From the NCBI GenBank assembly GCA_965222375.1, contig CBDCTZ010000014.1, positions 512,001-576,000 of the forward strand: a stretch of 64,000 bases of DNA, read 5' to 3'. The translations under genes and the position numbers were made by a program. The stretch is from Polyangiaceae bacterium. GTDB lineage: Bacteria; Myxococcota_A; Polyangia; Polyangiales; Polyangiaceae. Positions 28,511-39,352 of this stretch are shown piece by piece. Position 1 is the first letter of the stretch, and every line of letters begins with the position of its first letter. The notes beneath the pieces were generated by a model. It was not told the DNA's origin. It was given only the letters and a program-made list of their open reading frames with translations, and searched no databases.

Positions 28511-29890
28511 TCACTCTTTGTCTTGGGGGCCGGCAAGGGAGGGCGGTGGCGGGAGGACCAGGGTTTTACGGTTGTCGTCATCATCCTCGAGATCGAAGAT
28601 TTCAGCGGTGATGTCTTCGGCCATCTCTTCTCGGGCGCTATTGAGTTCCCGATTCGTTTGGGCCAATCGATCTCCCAATACACCCAAGAACTGCCACAGC
28701 AGTTTGACCGCGAGCTGATGCTCTTTGCGCAGGATCTCGAAGAAATCCGTGCGGCGGACCACCATGAGCTCGCTGGGACCGTCGCTTACGACTGTCGCGG
28801 AACGCGGCTGCGCGCGAATCAGCGCCATCTCCCCAACGTGATCTCCGGGATTGAGGGTTGCCACCTGGGTGCCACCGGCAAGAACTTTCAGCTTGCCGTT
28901 GAGAACGATGAACAGCTCTTCACCGCGGTCCCCTTCCTGGATCACCTTGCCGCCATCCGTGTAGGGAGCCACATCCGTGACCGCGAGGACACGCAGGAGC
29001 TCACGGTCGTTCAAGGGTCGGAAGAGCGGCATCCGGGCCAACACGTCGCGCTTGCGCTGCAGTCGGGCAGCTCGCGGGTCGTCCCGCGCGCCCATTTCGC
29101 CCACCGTCACGACTACGGCGGTGATGTTGTCGCCGCCGCCCCGGTCGTTGGCCGCCCCCACCAGCGCTTTCACGGCGGCCTCGGCGTTTGGCATTGCCAC
29201 GAGCTGGCCTAGGCCGGCCATGTCGTCCTCGAAGTAACCGCTCAGGCCGTCCGTGCACAGCAAGAAGCGATCCCCAGCCACCACGTCCACCACCAGGGTG
29301 TCGGGTTCGCAGTGTTCGTAGACACCGACGGCTCGGGTCACTGCGTTCTTGGGCGCGAGCTTTTCGACCTTTTCTCGAGGGATCTTCTTGCGCTTGATCA
29401 GCTCGTTGTAGACGTTGTGGTCCTCAGTGAGCTGTTCGAGCATGTTGTTGCGCAGCAGATAGACCCGACTGTCACCCACATACGTGATGAAGGCCTCTTT
29501 CTCCGCCAGCAGTACGGATACGAGGGTCGTGCCCATGCCACGCTTCTTGGCGTCCTTGACGGCCTCGGCGTGCACCTTGCTTGATGCTCGGTTCACCGCG
29601 AACTCCAGCATGTGGATCAAGTCGCGCTTGCTCACTCGATCCGCGCCAGTCTTGCCTTCCAGATAGTCGCGAACGAGTTCGTGCTCGCGTTTGACCTCCT
29701 CGTGCACGGTGCGCACCGCGATGGCGCTGGCGACTTCACCGGCGGCGTGGCCCCCCATTCCGTCACACACCACGTACAACGAGAGCTTGGGGTCGACGAG
29801 GTAGTTGTCCTCGTTGTGGTCACGCTGCTTGCCAACATCGGTCAGCGCAGCAAACTGGGCCACGGGTTCGCTCATTGCCAGCCGCACCAT
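28511..29890 (-). CDS. PP2C-family Ser/Thr phosphatase fused to a C-terminal cyclic-nucleotide-binding domain
   Basis: TDVG..R.HNED, VCDGMGGHAAGEVAS, GMGTT, VGDSR, LCTDGL and GGDNIT; cNMP motifs VIQEGD.G and GEMAL...PRSATV. Confidence 0.92.
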   Translation of the reverse strand: MVRLAMSEPVAQFAALTDVGKQRDHNEDNYLVDPKLSLYVVCDGMGGHAAGEVASAIAVRTVHEEVKREHELVRDYLEGKTGADRVSKRDLIHMLEFAVNRASSKVHAEAVKDAKKRGMGTTLVSVLLAEKEAFITYVGDSRVYLLRNNMLEQLTEDHNVYNELIKRKKIPREKVEKLAPKNAVTRAVGVYEHCEPDTLVVDVVAGDRFLLCTDGLSGYFEDDMAGLGQLVAMPNAEAAVKALVGAANDRGGGDNITAVVVTVGEMGARDDPRAARLQRKRDVLARMPLFRPLNDRELLRVLAVTDVAPYTDGGKVIQEGDRGEELFIVLNGKLKVLAGGTQVATLNPGDHVGEMALIRAQPRSATVVSDGPSELMVVRRTDFFEILRKEHQLAVKLLWQFLGVLGDRLAQTNRELNSAREEMAEDITAEIFDLEDDDDNRKTLVLPPPPSLAGPQDKE

Positions 29891-29911
29891 AGCGGACGCG
29901 GGTCTGGTCGG

Positions 29912-30568
29912 CTACCGCTCCTGTGGGCCACCCAGGATCGAACTCGCGCCGGATTTCGCCACAACGACGTGGTCCAACAGCGCAATGCCCACCACCTCGC
30001 AGGCTGCGGTCAGGGTTTTGGTCATGGCGACGTCCTCGGGGCTGGGGTCCGAAGCGCCACTAGGATGGTTATGGACGAGGATGATGCCCGAAGCGGCATC
30101 GCGCAGCGCCGGTGACAGGATGTCCTTGGGCGCGAGGGCGCAGCCGTGCAGCCCTCCGCGGGCCACGCGTCGTGCGGCGCAGAGGCCGTTTCGCCCATCT
30201 AGGCTGAGCATCCAGACCTCTTCGTGATCAAGTCCAGCTAAGCGTGGGCGCGCCCAACGAACGACGCAGTCAAAGCTCTCGATCACTTCCGGTACTACGT
30301 TCAAGTTCGCGAGTGCGTCCCGCCGGCCCAGCTCCATGGCTGCACTGAATCGACGCGCTTCTGTCCGGGTCAACACCCCTGAACGTCGAAGACCCCGCTC
30401 TCCGAGTCTCGCCAGGCCGCGGACGCCGCCGTGCTCTCTCAGAAGCTGGCGCACGCAGGGTAGCCGCGGGGAATCGAGCAGGGCGCTGACGAGTTCCGCA
30501 TCTGTCAATGCCTCCGCGCTGGTGCTTCGCCGCCGCCTTCGTCGGGTCTCAAAAACCGCGATGTCCAT
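29912..30568 (-). CDS. radC: RadC (JAB/MPN domain) protein
   Basis: AAMELGRR, HEE, HNHPSG..DPS.ED and LLDHVVV motifs; start at ATG 30568. Confidence 0.92.
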   Translation of the reverse strand: MDIAVFETRRRRRRSTSAEALTDAELVSALLDSPRLPCVRQLLREHGGVRGLARLGERGLRRSGVLTRTEARRFSAAMELGRRDALANLNVVPEVIESFDCVVRWARPRLAGLDHEEVWMLSLDGRNGLCAARRVARGGLHGCALAPKDILSPALRDAASGIILVHNHPSGASDPSPEDVAMTKTLTAACEVVGIALLDHVVVAKSGASSILGGPQER

Positions 30569-30582
30569 CGACACCTGCCAAG

Positions 30583-30598
30583 AGCACGGCGCATGCCA
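30583..30598 (-). promoter_or_regulatory. Sigma54-type -24/-12 promoter upstream of radC
   Basis: Minus strand TGGCATGCGCCGTGCT has exact GG-N10-GC spacing and is close to the TGGCAC-N5-TTGCW consensus. Confidence 0.55.
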
Positions 30599-30628
30599 GT
30601 TGGAGTGCGTTGAAAAGGGCCCTCGGAG

Positions 30629-30666
30629 TTGGCTGTTCGCCAACGTTAGCCAGTGGCGATTCGCCA
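30629..30666. promoter_or_regulatory. Two tandem palindromic sites (TGGCT-GTT-CGCCA and TGGCG-ATT-CGCCA), candidate enhancer-binding-protein sites
   Basis: Sites at 30630-30642 and 30654-30666, centres 24 bp apart, in the cinA-radC intergenic gap upstream of the sigma54 element. Confidence 0.45.
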
Positions 30667-30668
30667 AC

Positions 30669-31412
30669 TCACTCGACCCGGACGCTGGCGCCAGCGGGCA
30701 ACAACGCAACGAATGCATCGAAAGCTGCGTTCACCCGTTCCTCGCGCCGGCCGTCGAAGGTCACCTTGGTCTTGTAGTTGTCGTCGAACCACTTCGGATA
30801 CGAGCCGAGATCGACCTCGTCGTGGGCGGCGACCACATCGTCGAGCAACGGCTTGAGAGCAGCTTCGTCCATCTTCGTGAAAACCGCCCGAGAGAAGAAC
30901 GGCTGCTCACCGCGCAGGTGCTCTCGTACGACCGCGAGCTTCATGCGAAAAATCTCAGGTACGCCGGGCAGGATCCATACGTTCTTGAACACGATGGTCG
31001 GCCATTTTACATCGCTGCCTTCGGTAAGCTCCGCGCCATCGGGTTTCAGCGCCATGCGCAGATGACCGTCGGTGAGCCTGTCACCATAGGCGTCAGACAA
31101 GAGTCGTCTCAGCTGTTCGTCGACTACCGGACTGACTCCGAAACCTTGGCTGATCCCCTGAATGGTTACGTCATCATGGGTAGGGCCGACACCGCCGCTC
31201 GTGAATACGACGCCGTGCCCATCACTGAGTTCTCGGGTCTCCTTGGCGATGACGTCGACCTCATCGGGAATCATTACAACTCGGCGCAATTGGATTCCCA
31301 GTGCTCGAAGCGTGCGCGCCAACTCGACCAAATTGGCCTCGTGCACTTTGCCGTTGAGCAGCTCATTGCCGATCAACAGCGCCGCGGCGTCCTGCACAAC
31401 CCGCTGGCTCAT
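30669..31412 (-). CDS. Competence/damage-inducible CinA-like protein (molybdopterin-binding domain)
   Basis: [27 protein letters not shown] and LGSYP motifs; no C-terminal PncC domain. Confidence 0.88.
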   Translation of the reverse strand: MSQRVVQDAAALLIGNELLNGKVHEANLVELARTLRALGIQLRRVVMIPDEVDVIAKETRELSDGHGVVFTSGGVGPTHDDVTIQGISQGFGVSPVVDEQLRRLLSDAYGDRLTDGHLRMALKPDGAELTEGSDVKWPTIVFKNVWILPGVPEIFRMKLAVVREHLRGEQPFFSRAVFTKMDEAALKPLLDDVVAAHDEVDLGSYPKWFDDNYKTKVTFDGRREERVNAAFDAFVALLPAGASVRVE

Positions 31413-31675
31413 GACTTGTCTTCAAATTCGCGGGTCAGCGGCTTTCCGTCTTCGTCGATGCTCAGTAGCTGCTCGACGCGCTTTTCGGCGGCGTCCAATT
31501 TCGCTTGGCTTTTACGCGCCAAACATACGCCCTCTTCAAAAAGCTCCAGGGATTCTTCCAAGGGAAGTTCCCCCTCTTCGAGACGGTCGACGATCTGCGT
31601 CAGTCGTCGCATCTCGTCTTCGAAGCTCTGCGCTTCACCGGCTTTCGCGCGTTTCTTCTTGGTCTCCCCGGGCAC
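31409..31675 (-). CDS. xseB: Exodeoxyribonuclease VII small subunit
   Basis: SFE...[21 protein letters not shown]......L..AE.RV..L signature. Confidence 0.95.
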   Translation of the reverse strand: MPGETKKKRAKAGEAQSFEDEMRRLTQIVDRLEEGELPLEESLELFEEGVCLARKSQAKLDAAEKRVEQLLSIDEDGKPLTREFEDKS

Positions 31676-31678
31676 GGA

Positions 31679-33796
31679 TCACCTTCCCTTGACGCTGCCA
31701 CTTTGCGTGGACTGGTCAGGGGGTGCAAGCACCGCCCGAGAAGTTTCGAAGTCGACCATTCCTTCGGGAAACCCCATCGCCAAGACCGCCCCGTCCGGAT
31801 CGGAGACCAGTGGGATCGACAGGCCTGTCGGCGCACGAACCCCGACTGCCCGAACCGCCGGTGGCGCTCCTTCGACGCCCGTGAGCTGCGCCCAAATCGT
31901 ACCCGCGCCGCTTGGCCAGTTGGACAGGCCTCCGGCAGCCAGCGCGACTCGCGCTGCACCGCGTACCCTCGCGTCCGGATCCAAGGTGGCAGCGCGCTTG
32001 AGTACGCGCGCCCGGACCGATTCACCTCGCGCGGCGAGGGATAGCACGACCGCGTGTCGCGTGCGCGCATCGGATTCGCGATAGTAGCCGCGCTCAGCCA
32101 AGCCGAGGGCGGAGGCGGAGCGGCTGAAGCCGAGTCCCAGAATCGTATGCGCGCGAATGATGGGCGAACCGGACTCCAGGAGCTCCTCGATCTTCTTCCG
32201 CAGTGCCGTGTCGTCTCGCGCAGCCAAGGCCCGGGCAGCCAGTGGGGCCGCTACGCCGCCGCTATCCACGAGGCCGTGCAAAACGGACGACGGGACTCGC
32301 TGGGCGGCGTTGGGATCCACCAGGCACGCGGCAAGAGCGACCCGCAGGCGGGTCGAGGTTTCTTTGGCCAAACGCCCACATGCCCGCGCCGATAGGGGCG
32401 GCCGGGTTGACAGCCGTGCCGCGGCCGCGACGGCAGCTTCGTCGGTCGAACCGAGCAACTCCAGCCCGTGTCTCGCGTCCAGCGCTGCTAGGGCCCAAGC
32501 ACCAGCTGCCCTATCCGCCGCTTGCTTTGAAGCCAGCAATCCCTTCGCTGCGCGCTGCAGACCGTTCGGGGCATCGCCCAGGGCGGCCTCACGCAAGGCG
32601 CTCGCTCGCACAGCCCAAGCTCGCTCTGCTCCCGCGGCCGTCAGGGCCTTAGACAACGCTTGTTTGGCCTTGGGGTTTGGCATCCGGGCCAAAGCAAGCG
32701 CCGCCTCAGCGCGGGTCTTCTTGGCCTTCAATGCCGTGGCGATTGTCGTGACCGCTGCGTCAGCATTCGTTTGCCCCAGGATTGCGATCAGTTCGCCCGC
32801 CTCGTGGCTCTTCGTGTCCAGGAGCTTGATCAACGCCGGCGCCAGCTCTGCCGAAGGCGCTCGGGCCGCGAGGGCGAGGGCTGACGCGCGGCGTTCAGGC
32901 TTGGCCAAATCCCTTGCGACGTGGGATTGCGCGCTCGGCTCTCCACCGCGTAGCAAGATGTCGAGAGCCGCGTCACGCAGCGGGCCTGAAGCGTCTTTCT
33001 GCAGCCAGCGTTTCGCCAGGGCGACGGTTTCGAATCCGCCCAACCGAGTTAGTTCCACGGCGGCGGCGGCGCGGATCTCGGGAGCGCCTCGCCGCACGTA
33101 CCCACGTAGGGTGTGAAAGGCACGCTGGTCCCCAGAGCGGCCCAAGGCTTCGATCAAGGTGACCGTGGGTGCGCCGCGCGCCTCCAACAGCGGTGTGACG
33201 TTCTTCGGCGGATGCGCGAGGATCGCCTCCAAGGCAGCGCGTGCAGCGGGACCTTGCTGACGCAGTGCTTGTCCCAGCAGCAGCAGGGAGTCCCGATCCC
33301 CAGCTTGGGCCAGAGCAAGGGCGGCAGTTCGACTCACCAACGCCGCGATCGGGTCCGAAGGGTTGTCCGCTGGGGTCCCGAGCGCACGGGCCAAGGCCAG
33401 CCGCGCCACGGACGCTTTGGCATGCGCGGCCAGAGCGTGGACGCCGGTCCAGCGCTCCAGAGAGGTGCGCGCGGCGCCTCCGGGCTCGAGGGCTTTGGCC
33501 AAGGCCTCGAGCGCCACAGGTGTGGCTATCTGGCCCAAGCGCTCCAAGGCGCGGCGCCGCTCGGCGCTGTCGGTCGATGTCAACTTTTCCCGAGCGACGC
33601 GCACGCCTTTTCGGGAAGACAGGCTGCCTTGAACTGCCGGTTTCTTTGGCGGTGGCCGGCGGGTCGTGCGCCGCGAAGGGACCCGACCGAGAATCGGACG
33701 GGCGCTGGCGCTGGCGTGCCCTGGCTGCGCAGCTGCGTCAGGTGGCGGCAGGTGGCACAAGAGCAAGGCGACGCAGCCTGCTGCCCAGCGTGTCAC
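31679..33796 (-). CDS. Exported HEAT-repeat protein
   Basis: Signal-peptide-like N-terminus and repeated (V/I)R..AA.AL helical motifs; start overlaps the upstream stop. Confidence 0.8.
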   Translation of the reverse strand: MTRWAAGCVALLLCHLPPPDAAAQPGHASASARPILGRVPSRRTTRRPPPKKPAVQGSLSSRKGVRVAREKLTSTDSAERRRALERLGQIATPVALEALAKALEPGGAARTSLERWTGVHALAAHAKASVARLALARALGTPADNPSDPIAALVSRTAALALAQAGDRDSLLLLGQALRQQGPAARAALEAILAHPPKNVTPLLEARGAPTVTLIEALGRSGDQRAFHTLRGYVRRGAPEIRAAAAVELTRLGGFETVALAKRWLQKDASGPLRDAALDILLRGGEPSAQSHVARDLAKPERRASALALAARAPSAELAPALIKLLDTKSHEAGELIAILGQTNADAAVTTIATALKAKKTRAEAALALARMPNPKAKQALSKALTAAGAERAWAVRASALREAALGDAPNGLQRAAKGLLASKQAADRAAGAWALAALDARHGLELLGSTDEAAVAAAARLSTRPPLSARACGRLAKETSTRLRVALAACLVDPNAAQRVPSSVLHGLVDSGGVAAPLAARALAARDDTALRKKIEELLESGSPIIRAHTILGLGFSRSASALGLAERGYYRESDARTRHAVVLSLAARGESVRARVLKRAATLDPDARVRGAARVALAAGGLSNWPSGAGTIWAQLTGVEGAPPAVRAVGVRAPTGLSIPLVSDPDGAVLAMGFPEGMVDFETSRAVLAPPDQSTQSGSVKGR

Positions 33797-35787
33797 GGCG
33801 CCTTTCCGCCGCCTGGTGCCTTCTTGGGCGCAATGCTTGGAGGGGGTGGTCGTCTCGGCACTTTCAGCCGGCCTTTCGGCTTCGGGGGCGCGAGGACGAG
33901 GATCCCGTAACCCCGTTGGCGCGCCGCGGGCTGGTCCTTGACGGCGGCCCAGCCGATGCTCTCGGCGGCTTCGTCCCGGTGGGTCAGATTCCGGAGGGCA
34001 AAGACCAGCGCGAAGGATTCGGTCAGAGCTTTTTGCTCGGCGTTCGCGCCCTTGCCGGGCCGAACGCCGACCAGTGCAACCCAGTGCTTGTTGGCGTTCA
34101 GCACCTGTGCCAGTGCGCGCATGCTGGGCAGGGTCTTGGGGTCGACTGCGGCCCCACCGTCTGCCGCAACCAACTTCGGCGGGATGCGGAACTTGAGCCG
34201 GGCTTCCTTCTCTTTCTTCCGATGGTCCACCGAAAGTAACGGCTTTGCCCGCTGGTAGGCCGGCTTGTCGTCGTCGGGGTCCGGGCAGCCATCCTCGTCG
34301 TCGGCGCCATCGAAGTCTTCGGGCTTGTCAGGACACTTGTCCTGGGCGTCGTCATAGGTGTCGCCGTCCTTGTCCGGGCTGGGACAACCGTTCAATTTGG
34401 CATCCGAGCGCGCGGCACCTCGAACGGTGGGGCAGGCGTCGTCCTCGTCCAACACGCCATCCCGGTCGTTGTCTTCTTCTGGGCAGCCATCTTCGTCGGC
34501 GAAACCATCCTTGTCTTCCGCCTGAGTCGGACACTTGTCCGCACCGTCGAGCACGCCGTCGGCGTCCGAGTCGCGAATTGGGCAACCGGCTTCTTCCCCG
34601 CTACCACTGGGCCCGGCAGTGTCCGGGCAGGCATCGTCGTCGTCGAGAACACCATCGCCGTCGTTGTCGGGGTCGATGCAGCCGTCGTCGTCTTGATACT
34701 CGTCTTCGTCCTCTTGCTCAGCGGGGCAGCGATCTTGGTCATCAGGCACGCCATCGTCGTCGTTGTCGAAGTCCGGGCAGCCGTCATGATCCTCGAAGCC
34801 GTCTCGGTCTTCCGCCAGCTCCTGGCATTCATCCTTGTCGTCCGCAACGCCGTCGCCGTCCTCGTCATAGAAGCGCGGGGCCCAGCCCAGGCCGAACACC
34901 CCTCGTACCAGGGGGCTGCCGACCGCCCCATTGAGGGGGAGTTCGACGCCAGCGAGTAGGGATACGTCCCCGACCGCGTAGCGTGCAGAAAGGCCGGCCA
35001 AGATCGGAGTTTGGGGCCCATTGGCGAAGGACGGGGTCAACGCCACCTGACCGCGTGCTTCCGCGGTCCAGGTCCAGCGTCCCTTTTGGTCAAGACCAAA
35101 TGCCTGCGGCCGCATGGATACGCCCACGCCCCACGGGAGATCGTGGCCGAAGTCCTCTTGCACGAAGGTCTGCTCTTCGCCTCGGATCCTGGCGCCGGCA
35201 GTTGCCTGCAGTGCCAGCGCTATGAGGCGCAGCTCACCGAGTAGCCGTAGCTCACCGGTGACCGAGCCATCCGAAACGTAGGACCGATGGTCCCCGGTAG
35301 GCGCGGATACGCGGCCGAGAGCTGCCAGTCCGAATCCGCCCAAGCCGCTGGTGGGGATCATGGTGGCTTTGGCGCCGAAGGAAGCGTCGCCAAGCGCGGT
35401 TTGAGGCAAGGACCCATCGTCGAGGGTTGCGCTGGTGTCGTCACCACTTTGGTAGAGCACGCTTGGCAGAGCTATGTTGACCGCGAGGCGATCACCAATT
35501 CCCAGCGATGCGACGTAGTCCAAGCTCAGTTGGTGCTCGACGGGGATGGAGACTCGATCCCCGTCGGCGTCTTCGAGGGTGACCATTCGGTAGGCGTAGC
35601 TGGCGATGGCGCCGACGTTCCAAGCCAGAGGACCGGGGGTGGAACTGGGTTCCAGATACAAGGAGCCCTTCGGGTCCGCTGGCGGGTGGAAGTTCCGAAG
35701 ATCAATGGACGGTACCGGGTCCGCCTGCGCCGGCAGGGTCAGGAGCAGCGGAAGCGCCCAGAACAAGAGCGAGGCGCGGGAGCGCAT
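33793..35787 (-). CDS. Outer-membrane protein with thrombospondin type 3 repeats and degenerate OmpA-like C-terminus (TraB-like architecture)
   Basis: Signal peptide (PAQA-D), beta-barrel-like N-terminal half and many D.DGDG..D..D.CP / ED.DGF.D.DGCP repeats; start at ATG 35787. Confidence 0.85.
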   Translation of the reverse strand: MRSRASLLFWALPLLLTLPAQADPVPSIDLRNFHPPADPKGSLYLEPSSTPGPLAWNVGAIASYAYRMVTLEDADGDRVSIPVEHQLSLDYVASLGIGDRLAVNIALPSVLYQSGDDTSATLDDGSLPQTALGDASFGAKATMIPTSGLGGFGLAALGRVSAPTGDHRSYVSDGSVTGELRLLGELRLIALALQATAGARIRGEEQTFVQEDFGHDLPWGVGVSMRPQAFGLDQKGRWTWTAEARGQVALTPSFANGPQTPILAGLSARYAVGDVSLLAGVELPLNGAVGSPLVRGVFGLGWAPRFYDEDGDGVADDKDECQELAEDRDGFEDHDGCPDFDNDDDGVPDDQDRCPAEQEDEDEYQDDDGCIDPDNDGDGVLDDDDACPDTAGPSGSGEEAGCPIRDSDADGVLDGADKCPTQAEDKDGFADEDGCPEEDNDRDGVLDEDDACPTVRGAARSDAKLNGCPSPDKDGDTYDDAQDKCPDKPEDFDGADDEDGCPDPDDDKPAYQRAKPLLSVDHRKKEKEARLKFRIPPKLVAADGGAAVDPKTLPSMRALAQVLNANKHWVALVGVRPGKGANAEQKALTESFALVFALRNLTHRDEAAESIGWAAVKDQPAARQRGYGILVLAPPKPKGRLKVPRRPPPPSIAPKKAPGGGKAP
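34270..34870 (-). repeat. Coding thrombospondin type 3 (Ca-binding Asp-rich) repeat array
   Basis: Repeated DxDxDGxxDxxDxCP units inside the outer-membrane protein gene; boundaries approximate. Confidence 0.8.
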
Positions 35788-36037
35788 GGCCGGCAAGGTT
35801 AGTGACCTTCGCCGGCAATTACTCGAAAAAAGAACGGTATCGGCGCTTCTGCCAGCCTGGCTGCGCTCTGGCGCCGGCCGCCATCGCGGCTGGCGGCCAA
35901 AACCCGACCCCAACCCCCGGGTTTTTCAGCAGCCGTCTTCAAGGTTTGGGCGCGAGCCGCGGCAGGCTGGCCGAAATGGGCTCGGCCGCGCGCCGCGCTT
36001 GCTCTCTTCCGACGCTCGGCGTAGTCGAGCCAGCACC

Positions 36038-37306
36038 ATGGACGCCATCGTCATTCGCGGCGGCCGGCCGCTCAATGGGAACATTCGTGTCGGTGGCGCC
36101 AAAAACGCCGCTCTCCCGATCCTGTGCGCGACGCTCCTTTCCGACGGCGAGAGCCTGCTGCGAAACGTGCCCGCGCTGCGGGACATCGATACGATGGCCG
36201 CGTTGCTGCGCTTCCTAGGGCGGGATGTCGAGGCGAATGCCCCCGAGGTCGTGGTTCGGCCGTCGACCCGAGATGCGCGACCCGAAGCCCCCTACGAGCT
36301 CGTGCGCCAAATGCGCGCCAGCGTGCTCGTGCTCGGCCCCCTCGTGGCGCGCTACGGCAAAGCGAAGGTTTCCCTGCCGGGTGGTTGCGCCATCGGCGCC
36401 CGCCCCATAGACCAACACCTGAAGGGCCTGGAGGCCCTGGGTGCGAAGATCTCCGTGGATCACGGCTACGTGCTCGCCGAGGCGCCCCGCCTCCGAGGCG
36501 CCGAAATTGTTTTCGATCTGCCGACGGTCACCGGCACCGAGAACCTGATGATGGCTGCGGCGCTGGCCAAGGGCAGAACCACCCTAGTCAACTGCGCTCG
36601 GGAACCCGAGGTCGAGGAACTCGGGCGCATGCTCAATAAGATGGGTGCCCGTGTCGAAGGCGCCGGGACTGCCATCATCCACATCACCGGGGCGGACGAA
36701 CTGGCGCCCTGCGATCACGCCATCATTTCGGATCGAATCGAGGCGGGTACGTTCATGGCCGCGGTGGGCGCTACCGGCGGCAACGTGCTGCTCGAGCACG
36801 CCCCCCTCGAGGACCTGGAGCCCGTGGTCGTGAAACTTCGCCAGGCTGGGCTCAACGTCGAGCGTGAAGGCGAGCACGTGCGGGTCGTGCGCGAGGGCCC
36901 CCTGAGTGCCGTAGACGTAACAACTGCGCCACATCCGGGCTTTCCCACGGACATGCAGGCCCAGTTCATGGCGATGATGTGCGTGGCAAAGGGCCGCAGC
37001 GTGCTGACTGAGACCATTTTCGAAAACCGCTTCATGCACGTGCCCGAACTCTGCCGAATGGGTGCGGAGATCGAGACTCGCAACAACACGGCGTTCGTCG
37101 ACGGGGTGAAGCAGCTCTCCGGCGCATCCGTCATGGCGACGGACTTGCGCGCTAGCGCCTCGCTGGTCATTGCGGGTTTGATCGCCCAAGACGCGACAAC
37201 CGTTCGCCGGGTGTACCACTTGGATCGCGGCTATGAGCGCATCGAGAAGAAGCTGGCGGGGGCCGGGGCGGACATCGAGCGTGTGCCCTTGGAGGGGCTA
37301 CCGTGA
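36038..37306 (+). CDS. murA: UDP-N-acetylglucosamine 1-carboxyvinyltransferase
   Basis: [23 protein letters not shown] (active-site Cys), [20 protein letters not shown] and HLDRGYE; start at ATG 36038. Confidence 0.98.
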   Translation: MDAIVIRGGRPLNGNIRVGGAKNAALPILCATLLSDGESLLRNVPALRDIDTMAALLRFLGRDVEANAPEVVVRPSTRDARPEAPYELVRQMRASVLVLGPLVARYGKAKVSLPGGCAIGARPIDQHLKGLEALGAKISVDHGYVLAEAPRLRGAEIVFDLPTVTGTENLMMAAALAKGRTTLVNCAREPEVEELGRMLNKMGARVEGAGTAIIHITGADELAPCDHAIISDRIEAGTFMAAVGATGGNVLLEHAPLEDLEPVVVKLRQAGLNVEREGEHVRVVREGPLSAVDVTTAPHPGFPTDMQAQFMAMMCVAKGRSVLTETIFENRFMHVPELCRMGAEIETRNNTAFVDGVKQLSGASVMATDLRASASLVIAGLIAQDATTVRRVYHLDRGYERIEKKLAGAGADIERVPLEGLP

Positions 37307-37929
37307 ACCCGCTGCGCGTGGCCGTGCCCAAGGGGCGAGTCACGCGCGCGGTCGCTCAGGTGTTCGAGCGCGCTGGCATCGACGCAGGTGTGCTGCTAGC
37401 GGACGACCGTCGGTTGGTGCGCCCCAGCGCAGATGGCAAACTCAGTTTTGCGCTACTCAAGCCGGACGATGTCCCGACCTACGTGGAGTATGGCGCTTGT
37501 GACGTCGGTGTATGCGGGCGGGATGTGCTCTCGGAGCGCCGCTACGACCTGCTGTGCCCCGTCGATCTTCAGCTGGGCAAGTGCCGATTGGTGCTCGCGG
37601 CGCCGAAGGAGGCGGCGGATATCGACGCCCCCCGGGTTGCGACCAAGTACGTGCACATGGCCACGGAGTACTTCGACGCTCGGGGCATTCCAGCCGAGAT
37701 CATCTACGTTCAAGGCTCCGTTGAGCTCGCGCCCATGACTGGGCTCAGCCATTACATCGTGGACTTGGTCGAGACCGGCACGACTCTCGCGGAGAATGGC
37801 CTGGTCGAGCGTGAGACCATCGCGGAGATTTCCAGTGTGTTGGTCGCTAACCGAGCTCAATACAAGCTACGCCATGTGGAAATCGCAGCGCTGATCGAAC
37901 GGCTGCGAACTGGCGTCACGGACGGCTGA
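37303..37929 (+). CDS. hisG: ATP phosphoribosyltransferase (short form)
   Basis: [28 protein letters not shown] and [13 protein letters not shown]; 208 aa; murA-hisG order with GTGA overlap. Confidence 0.96.
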   Translation: MNPLRVAVPKGRVTRAVAQVFERAGIDAGVLLADDRRLVRPSADGKLSFALLKPDDVPTYVEYGACDVGVCGRDVLSERRYDLLCPVDLQLGKCRLVLAAPKEAADIDAPRVATKYVHMATEYFDARGIPAEIIYVQGSVELAPMTGLSHYIVDLVETGTTLAENGLVERETIAEISSVLVANRAQYKLRHVEIAALIERLRTGVTDG

Positions 37930-37945
37930 GGAACAGGGACTTGTC

Positions 37946-39262
37946 ATGATTGGAAAGTGGCTGGTGTTGTTTGGGGTTGGAGGCGGGGTGATGCTGGCGT
38001 GCAGTGCTGGCGATGACGGCAGCGGCAAGCCTGCAGGCCAAGGCGGCGCCGGAGGCACCGCGGCGACCGGGGGCACGGCTGCCGGCGGAAGCGGGGGTAG
38101 CGGGACCGGTGGCGCAAGCGGCGGCAGTGGTGGCTTCACGGGTGGTAGTGGGGGCGCCACCGGGGGCGCCGCGGGCAGTGGGGGAGTTGGTGGCGGCGAC
38201 TCTGGCGCGGACTCGGGTATCGACGCCGCTTTGGACGCTGGCCCGGACGTAGCCAATGAAACGGGTGTGGACGCGAACCCGGATGGGCCGGTGGACGCCG
38301 GACAGGACGCAGCCGAGGCGGGTGATATCACTCCCCCGAAGGTGCTTTCCGTCACCCCGAGCGATGGCAGTTCCGGCGTCGCCACCAAACCCAGCATTGC
38401 CGTGACCTTCAGTGAACCGATGCTGGCGTCTTCCTTGACTGCAGCAACGTCCGGCAGCGCGTGCAGTGGAAGTCTGCAGCTCTCGGGGGACGGGTTCGCG
38501 ACCTGCGTACCGCTCGCCGGGCAACCCGTGGCCAGTGCTGGAAACACGGTGTTTGCCATGACTCCCGCGGCGCCCCTCGCCAGTCTGGGCACGTTCCAGC
38601 TGCGGGTCACGACCGCCGCGCAGGATGCCGCTGGGCTGCCCTTGGCCGCGCCCTACACCCAGGCAAGCGCTTGGACGGTTCGCTACCACCACACCATCAC
38701 CATCGACGGCAGCAACGACTTTTCCGTCGATGAGACCTTCGCTACCTCCACCGGGGCCTACACGGCCTTCGCGGCGTGGGACGATACCTTCTTCTACGCC
38801 GGCATGAAGGGTCCAGACGTGGCGACGCTTTCGTCCACGAAGTTCTGGGTCCTGTATTTGGGCTCCGCTGCCGGCACACAGACCGGAGTGGCCTACAACA
38901 CCCAACAGCCTGGTTTGCCCTTTCCAGCGAAGTGGCACGCGCGCTGGAAGGCGGACAACACCTTCACCAACGCGCTGACTTTCGGAAGCAGCTGGGGTGC
39001 TGCCGGTTGGAATTTCGCTGGCGATATCATCCAGTCAGGGGGCTTCGTGGAGATGCGTATTCCCTGGACGGACTTCGCCGAGGCCATCACCACCTTGAAG
39101 GTCACGATGTACTTTCTCAACGAGCAGGGCTCCTTCGAGTTCAGCTACGCGGCTGCGCCGGCCGCCGCGTTCACGGACTCTGTCGATCCCGACCCCACGA
39201 AGTACTTCGCTTTCAATCGCAGCGCGAGCGTGACCCCGAAGGCTTCCCCGGTCTTGCCCTAG
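37946..39262 (+). CDS. Gly-rich lipoprotein with Ig-like (Big_5-type) domain and C-terminal CBM9/DOMON-like domain
   Basis: MLA-C lipobox, Gly linker, DITPPKVLSVTPSDG..VTFSEPM, TITIDG..DF, AWDDTFFY and VEMRIPW. Confidence 0.75.
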   Translation: MIGKWLVLFGVGGGVMLACSAGDDGSGKPAGQGGAGGTAATGGTAAGGSGGSGTGGASGGSGGFTGGSGGATGGAAGSGGVGGGDSGADSGIDAALDAGPDVANETGVDANPDGPVDAGQDAAEAGDITPPKVLSVTPSDGSSGVATKPSIAVTFSEPMLASSLTAATSGSACSGSLQLSGDGFATCVPLAGQPVASAGNTVFAMTPAAPLASLGTFQLRVTTAAQDAAGLPLAAPYTQASAWTVRYHHTITIDGSNDFSVDETFATSTGAYTAFAAWDDTFFYAGMKGPDVATLSSTKFWVLYLGSAAGTQTGVAYNTQQPGLPFPAKWHARWKADNTFTNALTFGSSWGAAGWNFAGDIIQSGGFVEMRIPWTDFAEAITTLKVTMYFLNEQGSFEFSYAAAPAAAFTDSVDPDPTKYFAFNRSASVTPKASPVLP

Positions 39263-39352
39263 CGGACCCGCGAGCCGGAGCGCCCTGGGCCCCACGGCGA
39301 GATTAGTGCACTAGGTCCGGGCAGGGATGCGACCCAAACCCCAGCGGCCGAT

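Noticed and set aside
29912..30568. radC as a marker of a mobile element
   Set aside because: It has the N-terminal helical region of the chromosomal form and sits among housekeeping genes.
30336..32084. 582-aa plus-strand ORF, and similar long antisense ORFs at 4753-6369, 48819-50339, 26312-27379 and 45943-46932
   Set aside because: These are shadow frames of well-supported genes, common in high-GC DNA, with no recognisable motifs.
35606..36037. 144-aa N-terminal extension of MurA in the ORF track
   Set aside because: It overlaps the divergent OMP gene; MurA homology starts at ATG 36038.
38030..38210. Gly-rich low-complexity tracts (also near 6380-6510 and 40440-40680) as DNA repeats
   Set aside because: They are coding Gly/Ser/Ala linkers typical of myxobacterial lipoproteins, not independent repeat elements.
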